NCBI GenBank assembly: GCA_011109175.1
Contig: RDEW01000003.1
Location: 558,001 to 622,000, forward strand
Direction of reading: 5' to 3'
DNA: 64,000 nt
From: Dicyema japonicum
Taxonomy: Eukaryota > Animalia > Dicyemida
Each line of letters starts with the position of its first letter. Position 1 is the stretch's first letter. Shown piece after piece: positions 50,170 to 64,000 of the stretch. The translations under genes were made by a program, and so were the position numbers. The notes under the pieces are model-generated. The model was not told the DNA's origin, did not search any database, and worked only from the letters and a program-made list of their open reading frames with translations.

Positions 50170-51860
50170 TTGGTTGAGCTGGTGACGTGACTCTATTGCA
50201 CACATGTCTTTTTCGTGCTTGTCTTCGGGATCTTTCACTATTAGCTCGTTCAATGTAAGAGGATTAAAGTCGGATACTAAAAGAAGAAATTTATGCGTGG
50301 ATCTTGGATCGTACAAGGTAACCGTGGCGTGCTTACAGGAAACGAAAGTAAAAAGCGGACTAGATGAAATCAACAATGATTTCCGCCTGATTCTGCACCC
50401 TTCGAACTGCCCACACTACGGCATGGGATTTGCAATACGAAAAAACTGAACAATCGAATCCACAAAACGTGGAGGGTGAGCGATAGAATGTGCAATTAAA
50501 ATACGATGAAAGGAACAATTACATAATCTCCATTATTAATGTATATGCACCAACTTCGGGGTGAGTATCAATCAATGGAGACGAACTAGACGACTTCTAT
50601 TCCTCCTTGTCCCAAGTATATATATCTTTGGAAACATCGTTCATAATATACATCGCCGGAGATTGGAACGCAAAGGCAGGACGTGGGAGTAGTCACGAAG
50701 AATTCATGGGAAGACATGGAAGAGGGATCAGGAACCAGTCAGGAGAATCGCTTATTGAATTTTGCAATACATTCAAACTATTTCTATACAATACTGCTTT
50801 CAGGCACTCAGCAAGACATAAGACGACATGGAGCTGCTACCGAAAGGACAAATCTGGGACTATCAAGCCTATATATAACTAAATAGATTACATTGTCTGA
50901 AAACAAGCCTACAAGGCACTGCTAACAGATTCACGGAGCTACAGTGGGTCACTAGTAAATAGTGATCACATATTGGTTGTGGCACGTATCCTTTTTCAAA
51001 CGATATTTTGGGGTTTCCAAAGCGGCTCGCATAAATATATCAGAAAAGAAATTCGTAGTGGAACAATTATGCATTGAGGGACCGACTCGGGAAAGCTATC
51101 AAAATACATTCAGAGAAAAGATCCGACAGTGGAATAAAGAAAAAATGCCTGTGGAGCTGTAACAAGACTCCATTGATGCAATAAAGTGCGCGGCCCATTC
51201 AACAGTTGGAGTAAAACCGAAGCATTTCAACGACACTATGACCACGAGCTTGAAGAACTATCCAAATTGCAGAGGAACCTACGTTTGCAGGTTGAAACCT
51301 GTCACGAACGGGCAAAGGAACACACTCTAAGAATCATGCGGAACCAATCCCTTTATAAAATAAAGAAAAGAACGAGGGAAATGAAGGAAAATAAACTTTG
51401 GAATGGCTAAAGAAGTAGAAAGCTAAAAAACGGAGGCTGTTCACCTACTACATAGAGACACGCAGTCATCAAAAATTACAATACATGATCAGTTTGGAAA
51501 GACTATGTTGAACAAAATGAAATTTATCGGCCATTTCCAGTCATTATCAGCTGGCCTTCAATCAAAAATACGGGGAAAACATCAAAAAATTGGATGGTGA
51601 AGCACGAGAACTAAATATTCTGATAACGATTCTGGAAACACAAAAAAAGTGGATACCTCGTTCCATGGAAGACCTCGCATAACTTTGCCAGAGGTTCTGC
51701 ACAAGTACCTGACCAATGTAAGACGAAAGCTAGAAACAGGAGACGATTTGGATACGCTCAGAATAATTGCCAGTAACCGTGGAGCATGTAGGAAGTTAGT
51801 TAAGAGAATTGTGGGAGAAAGAATAATCTGAAGAAAAATACGGCACAGGCGGAACCTTAA
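50170..51860 (+). mobile_element. RTE-like LINE with large internal deletion (APE then 3' end; RT core missing)
   Basis: SFNVRGL...CLQETK, IAGDWNAKAG...RHSARHKTTW and terminal FHGRPRITLPEVL...LETGDDLDTLR. No YADD region is seen. Confidence 0.85.
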
Positions 51861-53559
51861 TAAATAAATTACTTTTTTTGTTCTTCGAATGTGCTATTAA
51901 TAATAATAACTATCTTTGACAAGATCTTAAATCAATAATGATAAACTGCTCCATCAATACCAGCAAGGGTTAAAAACACGTGCATTAATATGGTATTCTA
52001 ATCAAATTTCGGAAGTCTTCACAATTGTAGTAATTAAAGTCAAAGAAATCCTTATCAAAGGATAGATTCTTTCATTGATAACCCATCAGAGACATTTTCA
52101 ATGCGATTCGAAATACAGCAAGAAAAATTGGTCGCAAACTTTATGAAAAATCCTACTCTCATAATACCTCACATCCCTTTCTGCCTCCAACAAACCACTT
52201 ATCTTTAAATTATCTTCACTTAAATATCTATATTAAATTAATTGAGGATCTTTATCTTAATAAAAAGATCTTTTTCTTCTAGCAAAAACCCAAAATCTAT
52301 ATCGCCATCTTATTGAGTTCTCGTAGAGTAGATTCATGAGACACTCCGCAATTGTATAGAATTTGATCGGAAACATAAATTTTATAATCACATAAAGTCA
52401 AAATTCACTTAAATCAAATTTATATTTATCCAGTCTTTCAATTTATTAAAAATTTCGTAATTCCCTTCTGACTTGGTCTCATAAGGCTATAATCCTGCTG
52501 AGATGGTATAACAAAAAATGCAATAATATGCGAGTAATGAAACTATTAATAATTAAAACAACTGATTCATAGTGGAGGTGAAAATAGTTGTACAAATGTG
52601 TAAAAATGTTGGAAAACAGCAGGGAAATATTAAGGATCATGGCAGTGCTATATCTTAACACAGCAGGAATGACCATAAATGACCAACATGCATGTTGAAC
52701 GAGTGACTAAAACACCATCTAGACAGATTATTTAAAAAGTAACTGATTTTTTGTGTGAATTCTATTTGGGAGAGTGCCTTGTGCTCCAGAATCGATCTAT
52801 AAGTATTTTGTGGTAAAAATTAGCTGCAGGGATGATAGTAAAAACCCAAATGTCCCGAAGAATGCAAGAAAGTCAATTGGGTTGATCGCCTTGACAGAGT
52901 ACTCCTGATAGACGTTGGAGAAGCCGTAATCGACAAATCCAAAAAAACAGAAAATAAGTGCATTAATTTATCTAAATCCTAAATATTAATTTTAAATTAA
53001 TTTTTTTTAGTCTGGTTAACTACCTGAATATTCATACAATAAAATATTCCCACAGATAATGCAACTAGATCCTCCGATTATCAATATCACACATATAAAG
53101 TGAACATGCCTATAGCTGACTCTTATCATGGCAATTGAAACCACAGAGACAGTTACAATTATAAAGGAATTCATCAATTAACTTTCCAAATTCATATTTA
53201 CCTGGATATTTGTGATATTAACGGTTTGATATGATTTGACCACCAGAAAGTTCCCTTCTAAGCGGTAAGTGAGGCGGCAACCAAAACTAACCAGTAATTT
53301 CTCAAATAAATAAAAAGAGACTTTAAAATATCCACTGGTTTGACAAACTATTTTTGAACAGCCAATATGAACAAGTAGAAACTGAAATGATAAAGTAAAG
53401 GAACAGATTTTGTGCTGCGAATAAATATTTGAGAATACTTAGTGGGACTATGAATGAATGCTTTTCTAAGTACTGACTCCTAATGGAAGTACCGAATAAG
53501 GCCAAGGAAATAAACTGAGTTAAAAACAGACTTATTGACGTTTTTTTCGTAATCATGTA

Positions 53560-55047
53560 CAGTAAACCCTATTAATCGGAACTTTAATGATCAGAATTTT
53601 TTAATGAGTTAGCAAAGTTTTACAAAGTTTTTTTTTTACAAACGCTTCAAAAAAACCGAAACTTCATAATCCGCAATCCGAAAGACATTTACTAAAAATT
53701 TCGGATTAATTTATTTTTTTATCATACATTCAAATAAATTTAAATTAAATATCTACAATTACCACGTGGTTAGAAAAAGGATAGAAAGTTTCTATTGCAT
53801 GGAAAAGTAATATTTGTGAAATAACAAAAACATAAATAATGAATCTCAGAGAATTATCTTATATTTGTGAAATAAAAATGAACCTTTATTTGGTAAATTC
53901 TACACTTTCAGAAATTCTAAAAAACCGTGAAAATTAAAAGATTTTGAAAATACGATTAACAAGTCAAGACAGCCAAGTGGTAAACATCATTAACTTGATA
54001 ATTCACTTTTCGAATGTATGAAATTAATGGTTTTTAGGAAAAAATCATTTCGCAAGATAAAGTAGTAATGAAAAGATTAAAATCAATGATTTTGAATGTA
54101 GTAAAGGCCACACAGATTTAGAGGAAAATTTAATATTAAACTAAATCTCCTCACAGAGAAGCTAACTGCTTAACATAAGATGAAATTAATTTGAATGGAC
54201 AAAATATGATTCAGTTAAAAATTGACCCTGAAGATTTCTAAATGGGTGAAACTTGATTTTTTTCAATCTTTCCCTTTTAAAACAATTTCATTTAAAAATA
54301 GAAAGGGCATTAATCATCAAAAGTGAGAATCACTATAGCTCTTTGTGCTAATGCAACTGGAACCATTAAAATTAATTTTTTTTATTTACCATAATTAAAG
54401 ACCAGGATTTTTAAAAGATTTTCACTTTGAAAATTATTGTACTATGCAAATAAAAGGGTTTTGAAGACAAGAGAACTTTTTGATGTTTTCATCAGTCTTC
54501 ATAGTGATGAATTAAAATGATACAGTAAAAGTTCTTTTTACTGATCGATAATTTTCTTTTCAATTTTTAAAGAAATTTTTTGAAAATTGAAATTTTATTC
54601 CTTCCAAAAACACAATTGCTCATTTTCAACCATGGATGCAGGCATAATCAAGAACTTTAATCATATTATAGAAAAAAGCTTATTTTGGCTTATATGGAAG
54701 CCCTGATTTGGAAAAAGAATTTTTGTGAATTTACAGAAAACCATCATTATGTTATCACACACGAGTGAAAGAACATAAAATTGTTTTAAAAAGACTGAGG
54801 CAATTGAAAGTCCTGATTAATGTGCTAATAAAGATATAGTGCAAGATCTTGTTTTGAATGGGCATCGAAAGAACTGACATGCTAATGAATCAGAAATAAC
54901 TCAAACAGAAGTGCTCGACGAGAACGAAATCGTCATTCTTTGTGAAATTAAAACACAAAAATTAACTACAATGAAATTAATATATTTATTTTTTTACAAT
55001 CCGAAAGTCATCCAAATTTTTTTTGTTCGGATTAATGAGAATTTACG
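53560..55047 (+). mobile_element. Decayed pogo/Tigger-like DNA transposon
   Basis: The left TIR TA-CAGTAAACCCTATTAATCGGAAC has an imperfect inverted copy at 55025-55047. Coding remnants include RITIALCANATG, LIDNFS and QPMDAGIIKNF. Confidence 0.75.
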
Positions 55048-55050
55048 AGT

Positions 55051-55195
55051 GACTTGACGAGTGCCGCCGTCATCAGTGTACTCTCACTGCGGAAATGGAT
55101 TGTCTAGAAAGGACCCACACACAAGAAAAAGAAAATAGAAGTGAAGATCATTTTTTGGTTCTACGATTAGTTAAAATTAACTGTTCTTTACTTAA
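55051..55195 (+). mobile_element. SINE body fragment fused to the following RLE element
   Basis: GACTTGACGAGTGCCGCCGTCATCAGTG...GATTAGTTAAAATTAACTGTTCTTTACTTAA matches the 31.2-kb SINE up to the junction. Confidence 0.82.
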
Positions 55196-56576
55196 CTGAG
55201 ACAAAGCGACAAATTACTGAAGGCATCCGTAAAAGAGCAGCGTTATTGTGTAAGACGTCTCTAAATGCAAGGAATTTGTTCCTAGCATTAAATGAGTATG
55301 CTGTCTCGCTGCTAAACCACTACATAGGTGTTGTGGAGTTTGAGCCCAAAGAGTATGATGAGATGGATGTTATGATCCGTGGAGTACTCAGAGAGAACCA
55401 TGTCCATGTGTTGGCAGCCAATAAGGAGAGACTATATTTACCCCGTGATAAATTCGGCCGTGGACTGTGTGGAGTAGTCCAACTAAGTGAGCGTATCCTA
55501 ATGCGAATGCACGACACCCTGATAGCTGGGTCAAGTGTGTCTGCTAGGAAGCACGCCATAATAACGACCGAGAAAACACGGGCAACCCACCTAGGCACTA
55601 TCAGACCTTTTTTGTCTGCTAAGTATGGTGTTGATGATGGTGGGCTAGTAAATGTGAAGGCGTTGATCGAATTACAATATAATAATTTGATGGAAAAGAT
55701 CAACTTAAAAAGCCTTCATAAGGTCCTCTTCAGAGCATTGGACAACCCACATGTCGACCTTAAGTCGTCGACAATATGGCTAAAATACGGTGACAACTCA
55801 CCTCGATCAGAGGCGCTGTACACTATATTTTTTAGTGTCGATCAACAAATACATGTCCCCATTGTAAGTCAAGGAGCATGTCGGTTGATCATTTAGCCAC
55901 TCGGTGCGGATCCATGCTCTGCCACGACTATGTGTGGAGGCACAACGAGGTAGTAAGGAGTCTTCATCTTCTACTATGCAATAAGTATGGTATTCGCCAC
56001 ACCAGAAAGTTGCGGACTCATAAGGTGCAATCTGTAGTAGAGAACACCAGGGTCCAAATTAAGGTAGACAGTGTTATCCGTACCTCGGTGCTAGTCAAGC
56101 ACAATAAACCGGACATTGTGGTACACGATAAGGAGTCTGGCCAAGTCCTTATCATAGAGGTTGGCATCACGTCTCAAGACCGTTTGCAGACTGTGGAGGT
56201 GGAGAAAAAAAGGAAGTATGACTTTCTTGCAAACGAGATGGGGCAGATGCTTGGTTGCAAGGTCCTCGTTATTCCTATAGTAATGACGTGGGAAGGAATT
56301 GCAACAAAGTACCACAAGGGTTATCTGAAGCAGTTGGGGGTAGATAGGAAGCTCCAGGCCTATCTACAGTCCACTGTGTTAAAGCGGACCCTAGAGAGCC
56401 TGACACTGGAGTATAGGAGGCAGAGCCCTGAGATGCCATATGGGCAGAGGGTTCAATTAGACAAGCGCTCTCGGAGTTGTTTCAGCAACCAGAATCGAAC
56501 CTGCCTGAGGAGGCTGGCGAACAGGCAGGCGAGGAAGGTTGTTGATTAAATATATTAACCTTTTTTATTGTTTGTT
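55196..56576 (+). mobile_element. 5'-truncated R2-like RLE retrotransposon (family B), coding region largely intact
   Basis: ORFs 55246-55896 (ANKERLYLPRDKFGRGL) and 55878-56549 (HLATRCG...WRHNEVV...HNKPDIVVHD...IIEVGIT...EKKRKY) show the zinc knuckle and PD..D/E.K nuclease. Confidence 0.92.
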
Positions 56577-56599
56577 AGATTATAATTTGAGAGAAATAA

Positions 56600-57450
56600 T
56601 ATGCATTCATAATCAGATTAATCCTTACCTCCAGGACTTGTCCTTCCAACATGGTTTTACAAAGACTCACTCACAACTACTAACCAAACATTCTTAACAG
56701 AAAATCATAAAGGAGGGGTTACAATGCAAACCTCGGCATCGAAATAACCTTATGTGTTTTATCGACATACAGAAGGCTTTTTACTCGATTCCGAGAAATT
56801 ACTCACTACGAAGATTTATGACTAACATTCAAAAACTTGAAAAATTGGCTTCCAAACTTCCTCAACTGACGAAGAGGTAGAGTAATTTCACATTCAACAT
56901 TTTCCTTCACTAAATTTCTGCCGAATGGGGTCCCACACTGTCACCCATTCTCTTCAACTATTTATGAGCGATTTGCCTTCGAATAGCAGCGACGATATCT
57001 GTTCCTCGCTTATGCTGACGTCATAATCCTGGCAACAAGAGACCAGTATATCCACATAGAGGGTCTCAGTTTACAAGAGTTACTTGACAATCTGAACTAT
57101 TGGCTTATGAGGAACATATTACACACAAGTCGTGAAAAGTTGAGCTCAATGAATTACTTCCAATCGAAGACCGACAACTCAGCACCTTTTTTGACTCTTA
57201 ACAAGATATCAATTCCCTCCACAAACTCAATCAAAATACTTGGAATCACATACGACCCCATTATGACCTTCAGCAAACACATAAGCAACGTTATCTCCTC
57301 TTCCCAACGAAAACTAAACTTCGTAAAAACGCTATTAGATACTAAAAAACTGTTTCCACTCAACATCAAATCATCTTTACTTCCAATACATACAACCACC
57401 AATCGGCTTCTGCTGTGCGGCATGGGGTAATAGCCTATCCTATACCAACC
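56600..57450 (+). mobile_element. Degenerate jockey-like LINE RT, 3' half
   Basis: IDIQKAF, GVP, LAYADVII and IKILGITYDPIMTFSKHISNV. Confidence 0.78.
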
Positions 57451-58109
57451 TAAAAAAATAAACTCTAAGAAATAGTAACGATGGAACAATTTTTTAAAAA
57501 AAAGATGGAGGCGAGGGTCATTCTCCCTGTGGCTCTCGACAAAAATCTTAAGATCATTGAAAAGAAACTCGAATGTACAGAAGACCAACGAACACTTCCA
57601 ATGGAAAAGGCTCGCTGGAAATTGCTGGATCTTGAATCGTGTGGCAAAAATGGGATTTTAGTTTATATAAAATTGTTTGGTGTGGTGAGCATGTGTTTAA
57701 TAATCATATCAGGCCACACCTTATAGTTAACATGTCATCATAACACTGAATCGTTAATTAGAAATACCCGTTTAGTGACCGCGTTATCTCGGTAAAATGT
57801 GGCTATTTGATAAGATTTTTTGTTGGTGTTGTTATGTCCCTTCCTTTTCGATTAGAGTTGGGTCATGTAGACAACCTTTCTTAAGTGACAAGGTGGCATA
57901 TAAATGGGTCAGTTTCCTACATTTTACTAGGAAGGTTCCCACAACTGCAAAGAATTGACGTTTTCCACCATTTATTCTCGTTCTGGAAAAACAAATATGA
58001 CTTTGAAGATATTACTTGTTAACAATAACTGGATACACTTAATTAGTTGGTAATTGTTAACTTCATTCTAGGTGTATCCGGAGTTAATACTAATTATTAT
58101 GTAATCCAA

Positions 58110-58520
58110 AGAAACACCGTCTTAACCACTAACTAGTATTCAGGTGATCCCGCATCTCTCAAAAGTCTATCTTTTCTCGATGGTCCGACCGTGACTCCAC
58201 ACATTTTCTATACGGACCGGAGTCTTTTATCCTTCCTCTTCTGAAATTGCCTCCAGTTGTCTTTATGATAGACTCATGTTTTCTGGGGACAATTTCTCTA
58301 TCCGTATATTTTTCCAGTAAATTGATTGCTTTTGAATGGATCTCTTGAATTTTTATTAGGTTCGTTGCCGCACGGTTAGATCCCCACGCAGCACATGCAT
58401 AGCCTATTGTTGGCTCGATATCCTGCTTGTAGAGGGTCCCGACACCTGGTGGTTAAATTCCTCCATAGGTATATGGAAACGATGCCTAAACAAAGAAGTC
58501 GAGAAGGCTTCTAGCGGTTC
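58110..58520 (-). mobile_element. 3' fragment of a jockey/CR1-like LINE
   Basis: The minus strand reads PTIGYACAAWGS...LIKIQEIHSKAI, resembling the post-RT RP.LEYA..VW motif. Confidence 0.5.
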
Positions 58521-59612
58521 AGCCTGCGGAAATTTCGCTCTTTAGATAATAATTTATCCAATAAAAAATATATCTCAACAAACGATGATGTGGAAGGACA
58601 CTTTTTCAGATAGTTGTACAAACGAGAAATGTGTTGGTTTTCCACTTTTGTGATAGAAAGCACTTGATTAACAAATAATCTGATTCCAGTACTTCCCGAT
58701 TCCACATAAATCGTCACCTATATGCAATTTCTGAATGTGTTCAACAACGTCTCGCGATCTATCGCAAAATCCCTTAGAACAACGTCAATTGACAGATAAT
58801 CGAAGAGTTGGAAGCGACAAGATATTAAAAATATTTTCTTGGGATCAGAAATTCTTCCAATAAGTGTATTCACATATTTCCGTCCCCGGATATCAGTTTC
58901 GTCAATCAATAAATTTTTTTCAGATCTATAATAAATGCAAATAAAACCTAAAAAATAGCTTAATTCTGTCAAGCTGCTTCTGGCATAAAATTTCTACACT
59001 TTTTCGGCAAGCGTAAGTAGAAGGAAGATTATGTCCAATACTCTCATACAAGTCTCGTAAGCCTTTACTGTTCAACTTATACAAGTGAATACCGGATTCG
59101 ACAAAAGCCTTAGTGACTTCATCGACCCATATGTCGGCAGATGGGAAGAGAAAATAAGTTAGTTTTATTGTATACCTGTAAAATAATAATAGAAATAATA
59201 AACCTGCTAATTTGATATGCTTCTTAAAATGTGATTCAATAAAAAATTGTTTTTTTCAGCAAATGTCCAGCTACAAATGTCCCACATAAATTACAAGAGA
59301 GATTTCCTTGTGAATTGATAGAAAATTCATTGGAATATTTTCTAACAACAGACTTAGTCTTTGCAGTGTCATTCTTGATTGAACGCAACATGAAGTGAAT
59401 GATGATAATTGACTCCACGCGAGTATTTTATTTAAAAACTCGAAAATTAAAAAAATAAAAATAAATAAAAATTTTGACCTTTTTTGACTTTTTTTGACTT
59501 TATCACTTTTAATTTATATAATATTTTTTTGATTAAAAACTACATTTTTATAAGTTTTAAACAATTTTAAAGAACATATCAATTTTTGACTTTATTGACA
59601 AAAATCTCCCTA
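58520..59612 (-). mobile_element. CGGBP1-like hAT transposase remnant with one terminus
   Basis: BED-like GNLSCNLCGTFV and catalytic-region LLIDETDIRGRKYVNTLIG. The terminus ...CCCTA at 59612 resembles the 37748 element. Confidence 0.65.
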
Positions 59613-60299
59613 GTGATGAGTTTGATATTTTGACTTCTAATTAAAATGTGCAGTAAATTTATAAAAAGCTAAATTCTGGATCAACTTTCATCTTTTATTT
59701 CATCTTTTTTGTGACCTTTGTCTCTAAAAAATAAAGCGATTTCTTGCTTGAGCAAATAAAATCTTTTGAGCACTTTATGACAACCAACGGACTGCTGCTA
59801 GAGGGAAATCCGTGAACTGATTATCCATATCTTTTAGCAGTTGAGTGAATTGCCGATGGTTGAGAGCATTGCCTACGATAAAGTTAACTATTTGTCACCA
59901 CAGTAAGCACGTGACTCAATTTCAAAGTATGGACACAAATTTTGCTGATGAAAAACTCAGTGAAAATGATAAATCTGGAAAAGATTTCTAGGGTTATATC
60001 TGGCGCCACCAGAGATGATGAACCACACGACGCACGCTAACAATTAAAGCTCGCTGGAGCTGAAAGGGAAGAGGACTATCAGAAAATCAAACATATATTC
60101 TTCAATTCATGTAGCCACTTAGCACCACATCAACGTTGGCGATGTAAATAATTAAAAAATAATATGAAAATAATTAAAAAACGGATAGAAAACGTCTTTT
60201 TCTATTTAATGGACTGAGACTTTTGCACTCATATCAGATCACCTTCCAAAATGTTTCCTTTGGCACAAAACCTTCGACCATAACAAAAAGTCAAATTTG

Positions 60300-61134
60300 G
60301 AGAGACACTTTAATCCAAAAAATGGTGATTTTTTACAAAAATATCAAATTGGCGATGCACGCAAACTAGCTTTGAACTCCAAAAAATAATAAAATTGAAA
60401 GTTCAATCATATTGGAAGACTATTTTTATTCAAGCTTCATTGTCAGTTATGTGATTGCAAAAAAAGAAGAAACGATCAGAAATTGTGAATACACAAATCC
60501 TGATTTCTAAAATTGTCAACAACAATTCCAAAATTTTACGAATAAAACAGAGATTATAAATCCATTTAAAAACACACCGTTGTCCGCAAAAACAATAAGA
60601 TGGCTTGGTATGTGATGACCTTAAAATAGCTTCTGCAATTTCGATGAGAGTAGAAGAGTCTTGTGACATTAAGGATACGACTCAGGTTTTTATGAACTAA
60701 ATATTATATTATGTGTCCCTATTAATACCTTATGTTTCTAGAGACTTTCTTAGAGAAGAACTTTTGACGTTATTTCTGTAAAGGGTCAAATCTGTGGAGA
60801 GGACATTGCCGGTGCCAATCTTGAATACATGGAGACCAGATTCATCATATCGTCTCACGATATTCGGGTCTATTTATTTGTGTGAACAGGCGTTTTCACA
60901 TGAATTTGATCAAATCAATATTAAGGAGTCAAATTACCGATGTAAATTTGGAATCTTCTCTTGTTAAAAGTGACAAATCAAGACCCAGACATAACACTAT
61001 TAGCGAAGGAAATAAGCGGTCAATTAAATATAATTTAACTATGTTTTAGTATTTTAAAAAGTGGCTTTTCAATTTTTTTAATTTCCAAAAAAACAAAAAA
61101 ATGGCTCTTTGGCTTAAAAAATTGCCAACCCCTG
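60300..61134 (+). mobile_element. GTF2IRD2-like hAT remnant with right TIR
   Basis: ESCDIKDTTQ and the terminus TTGCCAACCCCTG ending at 61134. Confidence 0.6.
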
Positions 61135-61139
61135 GCCTA

Positions 61140-61260
61140 GACGACTTAAAAATTCCAGCGTCGCAGGCGCAAGGGAACCAGACGTCTTAGCGGCGAATGG
61201 AACGAACAAAAAATTATTGGTTAGGACCGTGTCCTTTGCCAGTTTCAACCTCAAGACTTT
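61140..61260 (-). mobile_element. CRE-like RLE fragment
   Basis: FLFVPFAAKTSGSLAPATLEFLSRLG. Confidence 0.5.
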
Positions 61261-61902
61261 TCCAGCGTAGAACAGTAAATTAAAATATAAAACAGTGAAA
61301 ATTTTAATATTTAAGGAATTTAAATCGATTTTATTTACAGATGGCATCGGTTTGGGGCCCTACTTTCTGAAGAAACGTTTAATTTATTAACCCCGGATAC
61401 GCCGATTTTGTCTTTTATATAAAAAATCGGCGATTTGATAATTTTTTACTCTTTATTCAACTACTGCACTCACATTATATCCCAATGTCCTCTTGTTATA
61501 TCAATCTAGTTTCTAACTTCAAAAGGGTGCTTTTCCAGCACAGTTAACCCAGCTGAAATTTGCTTGGATGTTGATAGGACAGTGGAAGTCAACACATTAT
61601 GGGGACATGCTGGGAGTTTTTTTCAATTCCCCAAATCTATGAATATATGTTTTTTAGAATCTTTTCTGAGAGGTTACAATATCACTGATAATCACTTGAC
61701 ACCATAATTCCTGGAATACAATTCCCTGGTGTTTTTCCTACTGTGCAGTTGACAGATGATCCTCTGAGTTCTTTCAATTTGGGGATGACGGGATTTGAAT
61801 CCGACTCTTCTTTTGTTCAAACTTCGAATTTCTTATATCGCCCGCGTCTTTCACATCGTCCATGGCCGCAAGAAGAAAGCGTAGACAGTTAGTGTAATAG
61901 AG

Positions 61903-62830
61903 CAGGCATGTTAAACTCAAAAAGCTCCTGGGGCCCAAATAATTTGAGTATACAAGCAGGCAACACTAACAAATCAAACTTGATGACTGTGCATCAATAA
62001 ATGAGCATGCAAGTATACTCAAATCAAATCGTAGTCATGCAGTGTCTGTTCGAATTTTCAAAAATGTTTTCGCCCGATGTAGTGTCATGCATTGAAATCA
62101 GTTCAATCAGTTATCCGTAAATATTAAATACGCTGTTATAGTCCCTGATAAGAACTGTAAGCTGTGCTATTCCAGCAATGTCAACGGTCACTTCAATAGC
62201 AACTTAAAAGTGTTCAAATTTTGATAAAGCTGACTTCAACTTTGTTCAAATCATCGCCATTTCATCAATCCGTCCAGCAACAGTGTTTCTGATTGATGAA
62301 ATGTCCTTAAATATCTTTGTTTCAACGTGCACATAATATCATTCTTTTTGACATAATTTTTTAATAAAATTTTTTCCTCTGTAAGTATGCTACCCATGGC
62401 GATGATTCGGCTAGTTCATAGCTTGCAGTAACAGAAGCGACATTGGCTTACTATATTTTTGTAAAATTGCCCATTGCCATGCCATTTTGCTATCAATTCT
62501 TTGAGTCTTGAAACAAGCATCATTTCATCATATTCATCGCAAGATCGAGGGTTGTACTCTTTGGTGTTGCAATGCTAACTCTTTTGGTGTGGCAATGCTG
62601 TTGGAAACTAAAAGTTGTATAAAACATTTTACAAAAGTGCTCCTCCAAACAGAAGGAAGGACGCTCCTAGTAGGACAGCACCGTTGTTCTGGGCGAGAGT
62701 AAAGTTTAAGCACGTGAACGTCTTCTGACCAAGTAGAAAGCTCATAAGCGCTGCCTGTCATTCTAACGCCGATGAAAGAAATCAACTGCTTTTCTCTGAT
62801 AGTCTCATTTAAGTCTGCTTCCAAACACTA
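61903..62830 (-). mobile_element. GTF2IRD2-like hAT remnant with TIR CAGGCATGTTAAACTC
   Basis: There is a hAT-type terminus at 61903, and ~62090-62350 is colinear with 37480-37720. Confidence 0.72.
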
Positions 62831-62949
62831 ATATGATTTCAAACTTTAAAGATTACTAATTCTGATAATGTTCTAAAAAATAAAAAATTATAACTTTTTT
62901 TCTAAAACAAGCGAAATAATTAGTCTTTTCCGATTGTGTTTCCTCATTA

Positions 62950-63260
62950 ATTACATTTCTTTAATCTCTTTAGATAAATTGAGTCATCTGCTGATGCTCC
63001 AAACAATAATATAGAAGAAGGTCGTTATATCACATCGAATAGTTTAATAAAATGTACTCCCACATTACCCATATTTAGGGATCTGTTTGTGCCGCTGTCT
63101 TCCTATTCGTTCAATCAATTTTCTCAATGTAACTTTCCTCCACGGTTCATCCATGAATCGATGCATAAGGTCACCTGTTTAGAGTTTGGAGACAGTCGTC
63201 TGACGTTGAAAGTTGTGATTATAAAAGGGTAGAATAGACAGAAATTACGATAAAGAGATA
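62950..63260 (-). mobile_element. 5' fragment of an RTE-like LINE
   Basis: The minus strand reads IITTFNVRRLSPNSKQVTLCID, the start of the APE domain. Confidence 0.6.
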
Positions 63261-63379
63261 GACATTATTAGAAACGTGTTAACCACTAACTTATGTATGA
63301 GGTTAGCTGTTTAGAAAATTACAAATTGTGTAAAATTAAATTAATTAAAATAAAAAATATTAAAATATTTGAACATACA

Positions 63380-64000
63380 AATTTATTATTTTATTTTGGT
63401 TGCCATAAATTTTGTTTCTGAAGATGTTGAAATTCTTCATCACGTTCTCAAGAACTTACCAAATGTCTTTTCTAAATGGTTCTTAGTTGTCAACCAAGAC
63501 AAAACTGAATATACAAAATTTGTACGAGTTGTACGCACTTACGATGAATTATGGAGAAGGCATAAAAAAGTTGGTTCACTACTCGGAGACTCAGAAGATG
63601 TTACCCACAGAAAAATCCTTTCCACTGCTGCGTATAAAAAAATCTTAACTATCTGGCGTTCTAAGAAGAGCATAACTACGAATACAAAGCTAAAATTGTA
63701 TAAAACATTCGTAGTTCCAGTCCTGTGGACATGTGGGATTACGAAACGGGAATGGACAATCTGGATCAATTTCATAGAAACCAACTAAGAAACATCTTGA
63801 GAATACATTTCCCGAAAAAGATATCAAATTCAGAACTGTACAAAAGATGTGGCTTAAGGCCATTATCAGAGGAGATTCTCAAGGCTAGGTGGAGACTTTT
63901 TGGTCACATCTTACGAATGGATATGTTGACTCCACCAAACATTGCAATGGAGAACTATTTCGCACAACTGAAGGGATCATTCTGTGGCAGGCCTAGAGTG
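63380..64000 (+). mobile_element. 5'-truncated RTE-like LINE, running off the window end
   Basis: VNQDKTEY...WRRHKKVGSLLGDSEDV...KLKLYKTFVVPVL and WRLFGHILR. Confidence 0.88.

Overview
This is eukaryotic, AT-rich, most probably animal nuclear DNA. It is dominated by decayed transposable elements (RTE-, jockey-, R2/RLE- and CRE-like non-LTR retrotransposons, a tRNA-derived SINE family, and MULE, pogo/Tc1, hAT and stand-alone integrase elements). Five host genes can be reconstructed by hand: survivin (BIRC5-like), an S10 serine carboxypeptidase (CPVL-like), a divergent actin, a thioredoxin-fold membrane protein with no CxxC, and ROMO1. Two more GC-richer islands may be genes. All 17 introns I could place are GT-AG and only 22-28 nt long, and at least three lie at positions also used in vertebrate orthologues. 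Other structure includes an 8-copy ~266-bp satellite with a 3-unit higher-order period, a three-level nested insertion (LINE in MULE in pogo) with all DNA-transposon ends visible, a 28S rDNA fragment, and a possible decayed Penelope element with a hammerhead-like motif. Single-base indels at homopolymers in otherwise intact genes, including four in actin, suggest an unpolished long-read assembly, so frameshifts here should not be read as pseudogenisation. All protein assignments come from motif recognition; no database search was run. TE boundaries without TSD/TIR evidence are approximate.
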